DNA of 49,865 nt from an uncultured Planctomycetaceae bacterium (GTDB lineage Bacteria; Planctomycetota; Phycisphaerae; SM23-33), in the NCBI GenBank assembly GCA_964564285.1, contig CAZMBZ010000002.1, forward strand, positions 1-49,865, read 5' to 3'. The notes under the pieces were generated by a model. It was not told the origin of the DNA. It saw nothing but the letters and a program-made list of their open reading frames with translations, and ran no database searches. Positions 14,937 to 29,655 of this stretch are shown piece after piece. The position numbers were made by a program, and so were the translations under genes. The stretch's first letter is position 1. Each line of letters starts with the position of its first letter.

Positions 14937-16145
14937 ATGGCCAAGGAAGTTTTTAAGAGAACAAAGCCCCACGTCAATGTCGGCACAATTGGGCACGTTG
15001 ACCACGGCAAGACGACGCTGACGGCGGCGATCACTATGATTCTGGAGAAGGAAGGTCTGGCGAAGTACAAAGCGTACGATGACATCGCCAAGGCTTCGGA
15101 ATCCCAGGGACGTCGTGACGCGACGAAGATTCTGACTATCGCCACCGCCCACGTGGAATACGAGTCGGCCAATCGGCACTACGCCCATGTCGACTGTCCC
15201 GGGCATGCCGACTATGTCAAGAACATGATTACCGGCGCCGCACAGATGGACGGGGCGATCCTGGTCGTCTCGGCCGCCGACGGCCCGATGCCGCAGACTC
15301 GCGAGCACGTTCTCTTGGCCCGCCAGGTAAACGTGCCGGCCTTGGTGGTCTTCCTGAACAAGGTCGACCTCGTGGACGACGACGAACTGCTGGAACTGGT
15401 CGATATGGAAGTTCGCGAGCTTCTCAGCAAGTACGACTTCCCAGGTGACGATTGCCCGGTCATTCGCGGCTCGGCCATCAACGCAATCAACCATCCCGAA
15501 GATCCCAAGTTCAAGCAGCCGATTCTGGATCTCGTCGAGGCCTTGGATACCTACATCCCCGAGCCGACTCGCGAGACCGACAAGCCGTTCCTTATGCCCA
15601 TCGAAGACGTATTCTCGATCAAGGGCCGCGGCACGGTTGGCACCGGTCGTATCGAGCGTGGCCAGATTAAGGTTGGCGAGAAGGTCGAGATCATCGGCCT
15701 TGGCGACACCCAGAATACCACCGTTACGGGCGTTGAGATGTTCAACAAGATGCTCGATCAGGGCCAGGCCGGCGATAACGTCGGTTGCCTGCTCCGCGGT
15801 GTCGAGAAGGAAGCCCTGGAGCGTGGAATGGTCCTGGCCAAGCCGGGCAGCATTACCCCGCACCACAAGTTCGAGGGCGAGGTTTATGTCCTGACGAAAG
15901 AGGAAGGTGGCCGACACAACCCGTTCTTCACGGGCTATCGTCCTCAGTTCTACTTCCGCACCACTGACGTCACCGGCACCATCAAGCTGATGGGCGGGGC
16001 CGAAATGTGCATGCCCGGCGACAACGTCGGCATGGAAGTGGACTTGCTGAACACCAAGATCGCCATGGAAGAGGGTCTGCGGTTCGCCATTCGTGAAGGC
16101 GGCAGGACCATCGGTGCAGGCGTTGTGACTAAGATCCTGGAGTAG
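14937..16145 (+). CDS. tuf: Elongation factor Tu
   Basis: [33 protein letters not shown]..., DCPGHADY and [17 protein letters not shown] at 14923-14928. Confidence 0.98.
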   Translation: MAKEVFKRTKPHVNVGTIGHVDHGKTTLTAAITMILEKEGLAKYKAYDDIAKASESQGRRDATKILTIATAHVEYESANRHYAHVDCPGHADYVKNMITGAAQMDGAILVVSAADGPMPQTREHVLLARQVNVPALVVFLNKVDLVDDDELLELVDMEVRELLSKYDFPGDDCPVIRGSAINAINHPEDPKFKQPILDLVEALDTYIPEPTRETDKPFLMPIEDVFSIKGRGTVGTGRIERGQIKVGEKVEIIGLGDTQNTTVTGVEMFNKMLDQGQAGDNVGCLLRGVEKEALERGMVLAKPGSITPHHKFEGEVYVLTKEEGGRHNPFFTGYRPQFYFRTTDVTGTIKLMGGAEMCMPGDNVGMEVDLLNTKIAMEEGLRFAIREGGRTIGAGVVTKILE

Positions 16146-16151
16146 TGTCCA

Positions 16152-16319
16152 ATGGCCAAATCGAAGGCAAGAGAATACGTGTGGATGCAATGCACCGAAT
16201 GTGGCAGTCTTAACTACCGCACCAACGTGCGTGTCCAAGGTGGCGTGCCGAAGCTTCAGTTGAAGAAGTTCTGCCCGCGAACCCGGACGCATACCGTCCA
16301 CAAGTTGAAGCGAAAGTAG
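16152..16319 (+). CDS. rpmG: 50S ribosomal protein L33 (zinc-binding Cys type)
   Basis: Not in the ORF track (55 aa). Hand translation gives MAKSKAREYVWMQCTECGSLNYRTNVRVQGGVPKLQLKKFCPRTRTHTVHKLKRK. Starts 6 nt after the tuf stop, with CxxC...C pattern and the bL33 C-terminal KFCP..R.H..HKE-like motif. Confidence 0.9.
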   Translation: MAKSKAREYVWMQCTECGSLNYRTNVRVQGGVPKLQLKKFCPRTRTHTVHKLKRK

Positions 16320-16446
16320 TTTCCGTAAAATCTGCCGGGCACAGGATCCCGGATTGAAACGGACGCAGGCGACCCGCCGGGCGTAGGCCTCAGACAAGGT
16401 CGACCAAACCGCCCGAAGTCGGGGTGCCTGCGAGCCGTACCCATAT

Positions 16447-16519
<73 letters not shown>

Positions 16520-16573
16520 TTGTGTTAGGTTGGCGGGGCGGAAGAGGCGAACCTGGTATAGGAAACGTTAAAC

Positions 16574-16966
16574 GTGGCTTTTTTCGACATATACAAAAAG
16601 GGACAGGGACGATACGCACGGATCGTCACATTTGTCTCGGGCGTTGTCCTTGGCATTGGTGGCGCTATTGTGCTGAGCAATAAGCTGGCGCTTTATGCGC
16701 CGCCGGTGGTTCAGTATGGCGTGCCCTCCCTGTTCGTTGCGGTCCTTGGGCTGGTGCTGTTTTGGGTCGTGAATCGCCCCAAGTCGGCAGACTTCCTGAT
16801 CGCCACAGAAGGCGAGATGAAGAAGGTCTCCTGGTCCAGCCGCAAGGAAATTATTGGATCGACCAAGGTGGTCATCGTCGCGACGTTCATGATGGCGGCG
16901 CTTCTGGCGGCCGTGGACGCGGGTTTCGCGGTGTTGTTTAGAGTCATCGGCGTGATGGGAAGCTAA
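16574..16966 (+). CDS. secE: Preprotein translocase subunit SecE (three-TM form)
   Basis: GTG start. The C-terminal motif EGEMKKVSWSSRKEIIGSTKVVIVATFMMAALLAAVD matches the SecE consensus (E.kKV.WP.r.E....T..Vi). Lies between tRNA-Trp and nusG. Confidence 0.85.
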   Translation: MAFFDIYKKGQGRYARIVTFVSGVVLGIGGAIVLSNKLALYAPPVVQYGVPSLFVAVLGLVLFWVVNRPKSADFLIATEGEMKKVSWSSRKEIIGSTKVVIVATFMMAALLAAVDAGFAVLFRVIGVMGS

Positions 16967-16991
16967 CGCTTCCAGCATCGGAAACTAACGA

Positions 16992-17546
16992 ATGGCCAAG
17001 CAATGGTATGTGCTCCGGGTCGCGTCGAACAAGGAAGAATCTGTTCGCGAAGCGCTGGCGCGCAAAGTGACAATCGAAGGCCTCGATGAGAAGATCGGGC
17101 GAATCCTCGTGCCTACCGAGCGGCGCCCCAGCCCCCGTGGGCGAGCGGGCGAGAAGAAGTACGTCGAACGCAAGATGTATCCCGGCTACGTCTTCATCGA
17201 GATGGAGTTGGAGGAAGATGGGCGAATCGGCGAGGACGCTTGGTTCCTGATCCGTGAGACCACCGGAGTGGGTGATTTCATCGGGACCAGCGGCAAGCCG
17301 ACCGCTATGAAGCCCTCCGACGTTGAGAAGATGCTCTTGCAGGTCGAGAAGGCCCAGGAAGGCGCGCCGGTTAGCGTGGACTTCGTAAAGGGCGACATGG
17401 TTAAGATAAAGGAAGGCGCTTTCGAAAACTTCGAGGGCGCCGTCGACGAGGTTCTGCCCGACAAGGGGCTTATCCGCGTCGAGGTAACGATTTTTGGTCG
17501 GGCCACACCCGTCGAGTTGGAATACTGGCAGGTGGAGAAGGCCTGA
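16992..17546 (+). CDS. nusG: Transcription termination/antitermination factor NusG
   Basis: MAKQWYVLRVASNKEESV... (NGN domain), YPGYVFIEM, and KOW motif GDMVKIKEGAFENFEGAVDEV. Confidence 0.95.
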   Translation: MAKQWYVLRVASNKEESVREALARKVTIEGLDEKIGRILVPTERRPSPRGRAGEKKYVERKMYPGYVFIEMELEEDGRIGEDAWFLIRETTGVGDFIGTSGKPTAMKPSDVEKMLLQVEKAQEGAPVSVDFVKGDMVKIKEGAFENFEGAVDEVLPDKGLIRVEVTIFGRATPVELEYWQVEKA

Positions 17547-17651
17547 CGATTCCGGGTTCGTCCCGCGACGACTTGTGTATCGGTCCCGCCGGGAAGCCAT
17601 CAAAGAGACAACGAGACGAATTACCGTCGATATTCACGAAAGTAGTCAGAC

Positions 17652-18077
17652 ATGGCCAAGGAAATGGTAGCTCAGATAAAGTTGCAGGCCGCGGGCGGCA
17701 AAGCCACTCCGGCACCGCCAATCGGTCCGGCCCTCGGCCAGCACAACGTCAACATCGGCCAGTTCGTCAGCCAGTTCAACGAGCGGACGCGCGAGTTCGA
17801 TGGCATGCCGATCCCGGTTGTCATCAACGTTTACGGTGATCGAACGTTCACGTTCATCATTAAAAGCCCGCCGGCCTCGGCACTTCTGAAGGAAGCCGCC
17901 CAGGTCGACAAGGGTTCCGGCGTGCCCAACAAAGAGAAGGTCGGCACGGTGACGCTCGAGCAGGTTCGGGCTATCGCCGAGCGGAAGATTGCCGACCTCA
18001 ACGCTCGCGATCTCGATGCAGCCAGCCGGATCATAGAGGGCACGGCGCGGTCGATGGGCATCACCGTAACCAAGTAA
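17652..18077 (+). CDS. rplK: 50S ribosomal protein L11
   Basis: [30 protein letters not shown] is the canonical uL11 motif. Confidence 0.97.
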   Translation: MAKEMVAQIKLQAAGGKATPAPPIGPALGQHNVNIGQFVSQFNERTREFDGMPIPVVINVYGDRTFTFIIKSPPASALLKEAAQVDKGSGVPNKEKVGTVTLEQVRAIAERKIADLNARDLDAASRIIEGTARSMGITVTK

Positions 18078-18211
18078 GCGTATTATTCGTGCCGCCTTCG
18101 CCCACCTGCAAAGCGGGCGAGTGGTTGGCATGTGTCGGTTGACGCCGCGGGCGTCTGGGCCAACCACGAGCCTTTTATCGTGGGAGTCCTTTGGGGCGAA
18201 TAGGAATTGCC

Positions 18212-18895
18212 ATGAGCAACAAGCAAGGCAAGCGGTACCTTCAGTGGCTTGAGAAGGTGCCAAAGAACGCCGTGCCGCTGGCCGAGGCTATCGAGGCCAT
18301 TAAGGCCCTGGCCGGGTGTAAGTTCGATCAGACCATCGAGTTGTCGATGCATTTGGGTATCGATCCCCGCCAGGCCGACCAGGCCCTCCGCGGGTCGATC
18401 TCGCTTCCCCATGGCATCGGTCAGAGCCGTAAGGTAATCGCCTTCTGCGAAGGTGACGACGTCGATGCCGCCAAGGCCGCCGGGGCGACCGAGGCAGGCT
18501 CCGACGAACTGATCAAGAAGGTGGCGGATGGATGGATGGACTTCGACGTGGCAGTGTCCACTCCGAAAATGATGCGGAGTGTTTCGCGTCTGGGCCGCGT
18601 GCTCGGACCGCAGGGCAAGATGCCTTCGCCTAAGTCTGGAACCGTCATTGACGATATCGCCAAGGCCGTTACCGAGTACGCAGCCGGGAAGGTCGAGTAT
18701 CGCAACGACGACGGTGGGAATATCCATACGCCCATCGGTAAGGTGAGCTTCGACTCGCAGAAGCTCGTGGACAACGCCGAGGCTATGATCGGGCACATCA
18801 AGCGGATCAAGCCAGCGACGTCCAAGGGAACCTATCTCAAAAAGATCAGCCTGTCCGGCACGATGACGCCGGGCGTGCAGGTCACTACGGCCTAA
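18212..18895 (+). CDS. rplA: 50S ribosomal protein L1
   Basis: Start refined to ATG 18212. FDQTIELSMHLGIDPRQADQALRGSISLPHGIG is typical uL1. Confidence 0.96.
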   Translation: MSNKQGKRYLQWLEKVPKNAVPLAEAIEAIKALAGCKFDQTIELSMHLGIDPRQADQALRGSISLPHGIGQSRKVIAFCEGDDVDAAKAAGATEAGSDELIKKVADGWMDFDVAVSTPKMMRSVSRLGRVLGPQGKMPSPKSGTVIDDIAKAVTEYAAGKVEYRNDDGGNIHTPIGKVSFDSQKLVDNAEAMIGHIKRIKPATSKGTYLKKISLSGTMTPGVQVTTA

Positions 18896-18910
18896 GCGCC
18901 GAGGTGCATC

Positions 18911-19489
18911 ATGAGCAAGCCAGTCAAAAAACTCATTCGGGATGAGCTGATCAAGCGATTCGATGGCGTTACGCAACTCGCTGTCGTGGGCTTTACCGGC
19001 GTGGACGCCAATACCACAAATGTCATTCGAGACCGCCTGGCCGAGAAGGACATCAAGGTTTCAGTGGTGAAAAACTCGCTGGCCAAGCAGGCCTTCCGCG
19101 AACTGGGAATCCAGGACGCCGGACAACTGCTGGATGGGCCTTGCGCTGTCGCCTACGGGGCCGACAGCGTCGTTACGGTCGTTCGCGAATTGCTGGATAT
19201 CGGCAAGGAAACGCCGAATCTTAAAGTCAAGGCCGCCTTCATGGAAGGCGATGTGTTCACCGAAGACAAGATCGACGCCCTGAGCAAGTATCCGACTCGG
19301 GACGAGGCCATCGCGCAGGCTATCGGTTGTGTCCTGTCTGCCGGGGCCAACCTCGCCGGGTGCCTCATTGCTCCCGGAGGGGATATCGCAGGTATCCTCA
19401 AAGGTATCGAGGAAAAAGCATCTGACGATGCCGATACCGATGCCCCCCCGGCCGAAGAAGCCGCCGAGGAACCTGTGGCCGCTGAATAA
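18911..19489 (+). CDS. rplJ: 50S ribosomal protein L10 with acidic C-terminal tail
   Basis: LAVVGFTGVDANTTNVIRDRLAEKDIKVSVVKNSLAKQAF is uL10-like. GAGGTG RBS. Ends with the extra tail EEKASDDADTDAPPAEEAAEEPVAAE. Confidence 0.93.
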   Translation: MSKPVKKLIRDELIKRFDGVTQLAVVGFTGVDANTTNVIRDRLAEKDIKVSVVKNSLAKQAFRELGIQDAGQLLDGPCAVAYGADSVVTVVRELLDIGKETPNLKVKAAFMEGDVFTEDKIDALSKYPTRDEAIAQAIGCVLSAGANLAGCLIAPGGDIAGILKGIEEKASDDADTDAPPAEEAAEEPVAAE

Positions 19490-19661
19490 GGCTGCACGAG
19501 CGGGCCAGGCTAAACGCCCGCGACAGATAAATAGAGAACAAGCGGTGCCGATGCTCGGCTGCGGATTGGGTCCCGAGTGGGCTTAAATGAAAACCAAAGG
19601 GGTTTTCGCCTATCAGGCCGGTGACAATGTGCCCGCGATGCTAGAATAAGGTGTAATGATA

Positions 19662-20111
19662 ATGTCAGAAGAAGCCACTGAAGCCACTGAAGACACTGAA
19701 GCGACGCAGGAAGCTACCGAAGTTAAGGAATTCTCGGCTGAGACCAAGACCCTGGGCGATCAGATCGCCGAACTGACTCTCAAGCAGGCTGTCGAATTGA
19801 AGGATTACCTCAAGGCCGAGTATGGCATCGAGCCGGCCGCCGGTGGTGCCGTTATGATGGCTGCGGGTCCCGCTGCCGAGGCCGAGGAAGCCGAAGAGCA
19901 GACCGCCTTCGACGTGATTCTCAAGAGCTTCGGCGACAACAAGATCAGCGTGATCAAGGTTGTTCGCTCCTTGACGAGCCTGGGTCTCAAGGAAGCCAAG
20001 GACCTGGTCGAAGGTGCTCCCAAGGCAGTCAAGGAAGGCGTTTCCAAGGAAGACGCCGAAGCCGCCCAGAAGCAGTTGGAAGAGGCTGGCGCGACTGTCG
20101 AGGTGAAGTAA
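19662..20111 (+). CDS. rplL: 50S ribosomal protein L7/L12 with acidic N-terminal extension
   Basis: The C-terminal domain [67 protein letters not shown] is canonical bL12. Start chosen at ATG 19662 (AAGGTG at 19648-19653); ATG 19656 is also possible. Confidence 0.95.
   Translation: MSEEATEATEDTEATQEATEVKEFSAETKTLGDQIAELTLKQAVELKDYLKAEYGIEPAAGGAVMMAAGPAAEAEEAEEQTAFDVILKSFGDNKISVIKVVRSLTSLGLKEAKDLVEGAPKAVKEGVSKEDAEAAQKQLEEAGATVEVK
19671..19706 (+). repeat. Imperfect 9-bp tandem repeat (4 units) inside the rplL 5' end
   Basis: GAAGCCACT GAAGCCACT GAAGACACT GAAGCGACG, encoding [12 protein letters not shown]. Read directly from the sequence. Confidence 0.85.
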
Positions 20112-20401
20112 GCTCGAACTTGAAACTGGTTTGAGCAAGCGATTTCACGATTTGATAGAAGACTTTCGGCGTTGGGCCGGGAAACAGTGGGAGTCTGTCC
20201 ACCTTTCCGGCCCGACGCCGGAACTATTGAATCGCCGAGGTGGTATTGTGTATACTAAACGGTTTGGCCATGGGGCCGATCCGACAGGGCAGTCGGCGGT
20301 GTCCAATTATGGCCAAAGGACACAGAGAGATGTCGATGGACATCGAGATTCGAAGGCCGTCGGCAAACGCTAATCAATGCTCACGCTAAGAGGAAACTCC
20401 T

Positions 20402-24163
<3,762 letters not shown>

Positions 24164-24231
24164 GGCCGGGAGCTACCGGGCGCCGAAAGCGGCGCGAAGT
24201 GTTGCTCGAAACGGAATCGGAGCGATAAGCA

Positions 24232-27200
24232 ATGGCTGAAAGTGTATACGATCGGATCAACGACTACGGCTCGGTGAAGGTTCAGCTCGCTTCTCCCAAC
24301 GACATACGCAGTTGGTCGTTTGGCGAGGTGAAGAAGCCCGAGACGATCAACTACCGCACGTATCGTCCGGAAAAGGACGGGCTGTTTTGCGAGCGGATAT
24401 TTGGCCCGGAGCGCGACTGGGAATGCGCTTGTGGCAAGTACAAGGGCACCAAGCACAAGGGCATCATCTGCGACCGCTGCGGCGTGAAGGTTACGCATAG
24501 CCGCGTCCGGCGCAAACGAATGGGCCACATCAACCTAGCCGCGCCCGTTGTGCATATATGGTTCTTCAAGGCCCTGCCAAGCCGGCTCGGAACGCTGCTG
24601 AGCATGAAGACCGCCGACCTGGAGAAGGTGATCCTCTTCCAGGACTATGCGGTGACCGATCCGGGCCAGACTCCGCTGAAGGACAAGCAGATCCTGAGCG
24701 AGGACGAGTATCGTTCCGCCGTCGATAAGTACGGCAACGACTTCAAAGCGTCGATGGGCGCCGATGCTGTCCGGGCGCTGCTGGAGAAACTGGACCTTGT
24801 CGCCGAGGCTGCCGAACTCCGCGAAGGACTCAAGAAGACAAGCTCCAAGCAGAAAATCAAGGATCTGACGAAGCGGCTTAAGCTTGTCGAGAATATTCGG
24901 ACCTCCGGCAATCGTCCTGAGTGGATGGTTATGGACGTTATTCCGGTGATTCCGCCGGATCTTCGCCCGCTGGTTCTGCTGGAAAGTGGCAACTTCGCCA
25001 CGAGCGACCTCAACGATCTGTACCGCCGCATTATCAACCGCAACAACAGGCTCAAGAAGCTGATGGACCTCAATGCACCCGAGGTCATTATTCGCAACGA
25101 GAAGCGAATGCTTCAGCAGGCAGTCGACGCGCTGTTCGACAACGCCCGCTGTCGCCGACCCGTCCAGGGTACGGCGAATCGCCCGCTCAAGAGCCTCACG
25201 GATATGATCAAGGGTAAGCAGGGCCGGTTCCGCGAGAACCTGCTCGGCAAGCGTGTAGACTACTCTGCCCGTTCGGTCATTGTCGTCGGTCCAGATCTCA
25301 AGCTCCACCAGTGCGGCCTGCCCAAGAAGATTGCCCTGGAGTTGTTCCAGCCATTCATCATCCGCAATCTCAAGGATCGCGGCCTGGCCGACACTATCAA
25401 GTCCGCCAAGCGAATGCTCGAACGGCGAGACCGGGAGATATGGGATGTGCTGGAAGAGGTCATCTACCAGCACCCTGTGATGCTGAACCGTGCCCCCACG
25501 CTTCACCGCATGGGTATTCAGGCCTTCGAGCCGGTGCTGGTCGAGGGCAACGCTATCAAGCTCCATCCGCTGGCCTGCAAGGGCTTCAACGCGGACTTCG
25601 ATGGCGACCAGATGGCCGTGCACCTTCCGCTGTCGGTCGAGGCCCAGACCGAGTCGCACGTGCTGATGCTGGCGACGAACAATATTTTCTCGCCAGCCAG
25701 CGGCTCGCCGATTATGTCGCCGAGCCAGGACATTGTCCTTGGCGTGTACTACCTTACCAGCGGCAACGGCAGCGAGTACGTCAAGCCTCAGGTGCGACTG
25801 GTTAAGTACACCGACGGCGAGAAATACCCGGTATTCAGCAAGCCCGAGCAGGCTATGACCGCTTACGAATTGGGCTTGATCGGTTGTCATGCCAAGATCG
25901 TCCTGCGCGTGCCGAAAAATCAATTGATTATCGAGGCTGACGGTCCACGCAACGCCGAGAATGGCCGTCTCATCACCACGGCCGGGCGTTGCGTTTTCAA
26001 CGACATCCTGTCCGAAGGCATGGCGTTCTACAACTACGCGCTCGGTTCCAAGGGTTCGGGTCGCGTTATCAGCGATTGCTATCGGAACCTTGGCAAGGGC
26101 GCGACGCTCGAGTTGCTCGACAACCTCAAGGAACTTGGCTTCAAGTATTCGACGCTGGCGGGTTTGTCTTTCGGCATTACCGACGCGAAGATCCCGCCGA
26201 CCAAGCCTGAGATTCTCGATAAGGCCCAGGAGCGGGTCGACCAGATCGAGAAAGATTTCCGCGCCGATGCCATCACCGAGGGCGAGCGTTACAATCAGAT
26301 CGTCGATGTGTGGGTCCACACCCGCGAGGAACTCACCAAGGCGCTGCTTTACTCGTTGGAACGGGACTCCCGTGACGATGACGTGAACTACCTCAACCCG
26401 GTCTGGCTGATGCTCGATTCCGGTGCCCGAGGCAATATCGACCAGATCCGCCAACTCGCCGGCATGCGTGGTTTGATGTCCAAGCCGTCCGGCGAGATTA
26501 TCGAGACGCCGATCAAGGCGAACTTCCGCGAGGGTCTTACGGTTCTCGAGTACTTCTCCTCCACCCACGGTGCTCGCAAGGGTCTGGCTGACACCGCCCT
26601 CAAGACGGCGGACTCGGGATATCTCACACGTAAACTCGCCGATGTGGCCCAGAACGTCATCACCAACGAACTGGACTGCGGCACGCTCCAGGGCGTTACG
26701 AAGTCCGTTACGTATAAGGGCGAGCAGATCGACGTTCCGTTGCGTGATGTTATCGTAGGCCGGGTCGCACGCGAGAATATCGTCAACCCCGTAACCGACG
26801 AGACGATCGTCAAGGAAAACCAGATCATCACCTACGAGATGGCCCTGAAGATCGAGGACCTCGGTCTCGAGACCATCCGCGTTCGCAGCCCGCTGACCTG
26901 CGAGAGCCCGCTGGGCATCTGCGCTAAGTGCTACGGGCGTGACATGTCCACGGGTAAGCTCGTTGAAGAAGGCATGGCGGTCGGGATCATCGCCGCCCAG
27001 TCGATCGGCGAGCCTGGCACGCAGCTTACCATGCGTACGTTCCACACCGGTGGTGTCGCGACCCGAGCGGTTGTCGAGTCCGAGATGCTCGCCAGTGTCG
27101 GCGGAACGATCAAGTACCGCGAACTCAATGCAGTGGTCGAGCCGGATGATTTCGTCGGAAGTGAAGGGCATTCTGGGTCTGGCCGCAAGAGTTCCCGTGT

Positions 27201-28647
27201 GAAGGCAACGATTACAAAGCCAGATGGGGAACAGGTGACACAACCCCGTAAGGCTGGCTTTATCGCCCTTAAGCGAAACGGTGAGATCGCCATCCTGGAC
27301 GAAAAGAACCGCGAACTCGATAAGTTCAAGGTTGCCTACGGAACGCATATTCTGGTCAAGGACGGACAGAAGGTTCGGGCTGGCCAGAGGCTTACCTACT
27401 GGGATCCGCACCGTATCCCGATTCTTGCCGAAGCGACGGGTCTTGTCCGCTTCCAAGACATCGAGGAAGGTGAGACCGTCCGCGTCGAGGTCGACGCCAG
27501 GCGCACCGGCGGCGGGCCAAGACTCGTGGTCGTCGAACACAAGGGTGAAAAGCACCCGCGAATTGTCATAGAAGACAAGGCCGGCAAGATTCTCGACTTC
27601 CACTACCTGCCCGCCAAGGCCCGTATCGAGGTTGAAGAGGGCGATTCTGTCGAGGCCGGGCAGTTGTTGGCCCGCCAGCCGCGAGAGATGTCTGGAACGC
27701 AGGACATCACGGGTGGCTTGCCACGAGTCACGGAAATCTTTGAGGCCCGGCGCCCGAAGGATCCCGCGGCCATGGCAGAGATTTCCGGCCGGGTCGAGTT
27801 GCGTACTGACAAGCGTCGCGGCAAGATGACCGTTGTTGTCCGTAGCGAGTCGGGTATGGAGCGCGAGCACCACGTTCCGCACGACCAGCACCTGCTGGTT
27901 CACACGGGCGACTACGTTGAGGCGGGCGACCGGCTGACCGAAGGCCCGCTGGTTCCGCACAATATCCTTGCGATTCGCGGCGAGGAGGCCCTTCAGCAGT
28001 ACCTGCTGGCAGAGATCCAGTCGGTCTACCGCGGCCAGGGCCAGAACATCAACGACAAGCACATGGAGATCATTCTCAATCAGATGCTTCGCAAGGTGCG
28101 TATCGAGTCTGTTGGAGATACTGATCTTCTTCCTGGAGAAGTTGTTGACAAATTCCGTTTTCGCGGTGAGAATACTCGACTTGCCAAATCGATGAAGATA
28201 ATCGATTCAGGCGACACGTCCTTCATGAAGGGGGACGTGGTCCTGCGAGATAAGATCGAGCAGGCTAATATGGAAGCCGAGGCTCTTGGCGGCACGCCGG
28301 CCAAGACACGTCGGCCAAAGCCGGCGACGGCAAAGACGCTGCTGCTTGGAATCACCAAGGCGTCGTTGCAGTCCGAGAGTTTCCTGTCGGCGGCGAGTTT
28401 CCAGGAAAGCACGAAGGTGTTTACCGAGGCATCGCTGGCTGGCAAGGTCGATGAACTTCGTGGTCTGAAGGAAAACGTGATCCTTGGTCATCTGATTCCT
28501 GCTGGCACGAGCTTCAAGCCGTACGTTGAGATGAAGATCAAGCGGCATGTTGAGTTCGAGGATTTGCTGGCGCCTGAACGGGAAGAAATGACCGAGGCCC
28601 AGATTACTCAGGCAGTCCAGCAGGCCCTGACCGGCCAGAAGGGCTGA
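24232..28647 (+). CDS. rpoC: DNA-directed RNA polymerase subunit beta-prime
   Basis: 1471 aa. Zn motif CACGKYKG...CDRCGV, catalytic [12 protein letters not shown], and a trigger loop [16 protein letters not shown] split by a long lineage insertion before [18 protein letters not shown]. Confidence 0.98.
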   Translation: MAESVYDRINDYGSVKVQLASPNDIRSWSFGEVKKPETINYRTYRPEKDGLFCERIFGPERDWECACGKYKGTKHKGIICDRCGVKVTHSRVRRKRMGHINLAAPVVHIWFFKALPSRLGTLLSMKTADLEKVILFQDYAVTDPGQTPLKDKQILSEDEYRSAVDKYGNDFKASMGADAVRALLEKLDLVAEAAELREGLKKTSSKQKIKDLTKRLKLVENIRTSGNRPEWMVMDVIPVIPPDLRPLVLLESGNFATSDLNDLYRRIINRNNRLKKLMDLNAPEVIIRNEKRMLQQAVDALFDNARCRRPVQGTANRPLKSLTDMIKGKQGRFRENLLGKRVDYSARSVIVVGPDLKLHQCGLPKKIALELFQPFIIRNLKDRGLADTIKSAKRMLERRDREIWDVLEEVIYQHPVMLNRAPTLHRMGIQAFEPVLVEGNAIKLHPLACKGFNADFDGDQMAVHLPLSVEAQTESHVLMLATNNIFSPASGSPIMSPSQDIVLGVYYLTSGNGSEYVKPQVRLVKYTDGEKYPVFSKPEQAMTAYELGLIGCHAKIVLRVPKNQLIIEADGPRNAENGRLITTAGRCVFNDILSEGMAFYNYALGSKGSGRVISDCYRNLGKGATLELLDNLKELGFKYSTLAGLSFGITDAKIPPTKPEILDKAQERVDQIEKDFRADAITEGERYNQIVDVWVHTREELTKALLYSLERDSRDDDVNYLNPVWLMLDSGARGNIDQIRQLAGMRGLMSKPSGEIIETPIKANFREGLTVLEYFSSTHGARKGLADTALKTADSGYLTRKLADVAQNVITNELDCGTLQGVTKSVTYKGEQIDVPLRDVIVGRVARENIVNPVTDETIVKENQIITYEMALKIEDLGLETIRVRSPLTCESPLGICAKCYGRDMSTGKLVEEGMAVGIIAAQSIGEPGTQLTMRTFHTGGVATRAVVESEMLASVGGTIKYRELNAVVEPDDFVGSEGHSGSGRKSSRVKATITKPDGEQVTQPRKAGFIALKRNGEIAILDEKNRELDKFKVAYGTHILVKDGQKVRAGQRLTYWDPHRIPILAEATGLVRFQDIEEGETVRVEVDARRTGGGPRLVVVEHKGEKHPRIVIEDKAGKILDFHYLPAKARIEVEEGDSVEAGQLLARQPREMSGTQDITGGLPRVTEIFEARRPKDPAAMAEISGRVELRTDKRRGKMTVVVRSESGMEREHHVPHDQHLLVHTGDYVEAGDRLTEGPLVPHNILAIRGEEALQQYLLAEIQSVYRGQGQNINDKHMEIILNQMLRKVRIESVGDTDLLPGEVVDKFRFRGENTRLAKSMKIIDSGDTSFMKGDVVLRDKIEQANMEAEALGGTPAKTRRPKPATAKTLLLGITKASLQSESFLSAASFQESTKVFTEASLAGKVDELRGLKENVILGHLIPAGTSFKPYVEMKIKRHVEFEDLLAPEREEMTEAQITQAVQQALTGQKG

Positions 28648-28741
28648 AAACGAACAGTTACAGGGTTCCTCACGAGAGGATTGGACATATCCCGGCGAGT
28701 CCAGCAAAGGGCAGTCGGAGAGAAAACGAGGTTGCAAACGG

Positions 28742-29113
28742 ATGCCTACGATTAATCAATTGGTCCGCAAGCCGCGCGTCATTCAGAAGGCCAAGAAGAA
28801 GAACGTCGCCCTTGAGAATTGCCCGCAGAAGCGAGGGGTCTGTCTTCTGGTAAAGACCGTCACGCCGAAGAAGCCTAACTCGGCCCTCCGCAAGGTGGCC
28901 AGGGTTCGGCTGAGCAATGGCAAGGAAGTGACCGCGTATATTCCGGGCATAGATCACAACCTTCAGGAACACAGCATCGTGCTGATCCGCGGAGGCAGGG
29001 TCCGCGACCTTCCTGGCGTGCGTTACCATATCGTTCGTGGCACGCTGGACTCCCTCGGAGTCGATGCCCGGCGGCAGGGCCGCAGCAAGTACGGAGCCAA
29101 GAGGCCCAAGTAA
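28742..29113 (+). CDS. rpsL: 30S ribosomal protein S12
   Basis: [12 protein letters not shown]..., [20 protein letters not shown] and [18 protein letters not shown]. Confidence 0.98.
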   Translation: MPTINQLVRKPRVIQKAKKKNVALENCPQKRGVCLLVKTVTPKKPNSALRKVARVRLSNGKEVTAYIPGIDHNLQEHSIVLIRGGRVRDLPGVRYHIVRGTLDSLGVDARRQGRSKYGAKRPK

Positions 29114-29178
29114 GAGCGACGCTAATCTTAACGGCTAGCATCGTAGAACCCAGAACCGAGCAATAGCGGAATAGTCCA

Positions 29179-29655
29179 ATGGCATTCAAGAGATTTACAT
29201 CTTCGGCGACCACGCTTCAGCCGGACCCCAAGTATAAAAGCAAGTTGGTCAGCAAGTTCATCAACTGCATAATGTTGGATGGCAAGAAGTGGGCCAGCCA
29301 GCGAATCTTCTATGATGCGATGGATATCATCGCCAAGAAGGTTAAGGACGAGCCGCCCGTCGAGGTCTTCAAGAAGGCCATCGAGAATGCTAAACCTCTC
29401 ATCGAGGTCCGGTCCAAGCGAGTCGGTGGTGCAACTTACCAGGTGCCGATGCAGGTCAATAGCAAACGGCAACTTTCGCTTGCTATTCGTTGGCTCCGCG
29501 ATGCGATCCGGTCAGGCAAGGGTCAGCCGATGGCGACTCGCCTGGCAAACGAACTTCTTGCCGCTTATCGCGGTGAGGGCTCTGCCATGACGGTACGGGA
29601 AAATATACACCGTATGGCCGAGGCGAATAAGGCGTTTGCGCACTTCGCCTGGTAA
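29179..29655 (+). CDS. rpsG: 30S ribosomal protein S7
   Basis: [23 protein letters not shown] and [13 protein letters not shown] are uS7 motifs. Follows rpsL. Confidence 0.96.
   Translation: MAFKRFTSSATTLQPDPKYKSKLVSKFINCIMLDGKKWASQRIFYDAMDIIAKKVKDEPPVEVFKKAIENAKPLIEVRSKRVGGATYQVPMQVNSKRQLSLAIRWLRDAIRSGKGQPMATRLANELLAAYRGEGSAMTVRENIHRMAEANKAFAHFAW

Noticed and set aside
20131-20373. An 80-aa ORF in the rplL-rpoB intergenic region.
   Set aside because: It has no RBS and no recognisable motif. It fills the spacer where many bacteria have an attenuator or processing region. A GGGCCGGGAAA...TTTCCGGCCC hairpin inside it is a more plausible reading of this DNA.
24535-28062. A 1175-aa ORF antisense to rpoC. 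Similar long antisense ORFs are 21731..22993 in rpoB, 14850..16397 in tuf, 1676..3100 in the KS genes, 5410..6894 in the hydrolase and 30057..31289 in fusA.
   Set aside because: The sense strand encodes unmistakable, full-length conserved proteins. The antisense translations are low-complexity and R/A/G/L-rich with no recognisable motifs. Long stop-free antisense frames are expected in GC-rich genes with GC-biased third positions.
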